The notes beneath the pieces were generated by a model. The model was not told the origin of the DNA, ran no database searches, and saw nothing but the letters and a program-made list of their open reading frames with translations. Positions 63,991-64,000 of a DNA stretch of 64,000 nucleotides are shown piece after piece. Within the stretch, counting starts at the first letter, position 1. Each line of letters starts with the position of its first letter. Made by a program: the position numbers and the translations under genes. Origin of the DNA: Actinomycetota bacterium (GTDB lineage Bacteria; Actinomycetota; UBA4738; HRBIN12); the NCBI GenBank assembly GCA_005884925.1, contig VAYU01000023.1, positions 138,883 through 202,882 of the forward strand, written 5' to 3'.

Positions 63991-64000
63991 GCGTTCGTGG

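Overview
This is a very high-GC (about 70%) chromosomal segment that looks actinobacterial (Actinomycetota-like). It is densely coding on both strands. Very long arginine-rich antisense or extended ORFs in the track are artefacts of the high GC. Many adjacent genes share 1-8 nt start/stop overlaps (GTGA, ATGA, TGATG), indicating translationally coupled operons. I call about 65 protein genes and one tRNA-Ala(CGC). No rRNA, CRISPR array, transposase or integrase was seen.

Functional blocks, left to right:
1. Minus-strand glycan module: a partial hydrolase-like gene, a GT4-GH130 fusion, a tryptophanase-family lyase, and AlkA.
2. A DHFR-family (RibD_C) gene next to a truncated, frameshifted paralog pseudogene.
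3. rlmN.
4. About 12 kb of membrane genes (10.8-22.7 kb): two paralogous GT-C-like polytopic proteins, two more large polytopic proteins, an Acyl_transf_3 protein, an EamA exporter and an ABC-F ATPase.
5. Housekeeping genes: tldD-pmbA, uppP, a solitary cpaB-like gene, and mtnP preceded by an fmdB zinc-ribbon gene.
6. galU-moeA-moaC.
7. A translin-like gene followed by tRNA-Ala.
8. A PLP decarboxylase and an MBL hydrolase.
9. PspC-domain protein, PspC-histidine kinase and LuxR response regulator (LiaFSR-like).
10. Amidohydrolase and class-III aminotransferase.
11. HxlR and YceI.
12. A lipid or steroid side-chain catabolic module: ACAD, a standalone DUF35, a thiolase-like::DUF35 fusion, VOC, a second thiolase-like gene and an acyl-CoA synthetase.
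13. Nitrilase and GNAT.
14. A form-II CoxL-type molybdenum hydroxylase locus. xdhC-coxG-mocA lie on one strand. Two membrane-anchored genes, coxS-coxL-coxM, mscS, a moxR (coxD-like) gene and a VWA (coxE-like) gene lie on the other.

The most concrete anomaly is an apparent +1 frameshift splitting coxL near nt 55162. Other notable points: the GT4-GH130 fusion; the duplicated GT-C envelope cluster, including a 186-nt convergent gene overlap; a perfect 14-bp-arm palindrome over the SD and start of a membrane-protein gene; and a cluster of three palindromes upstream of the membrane/translin operon.
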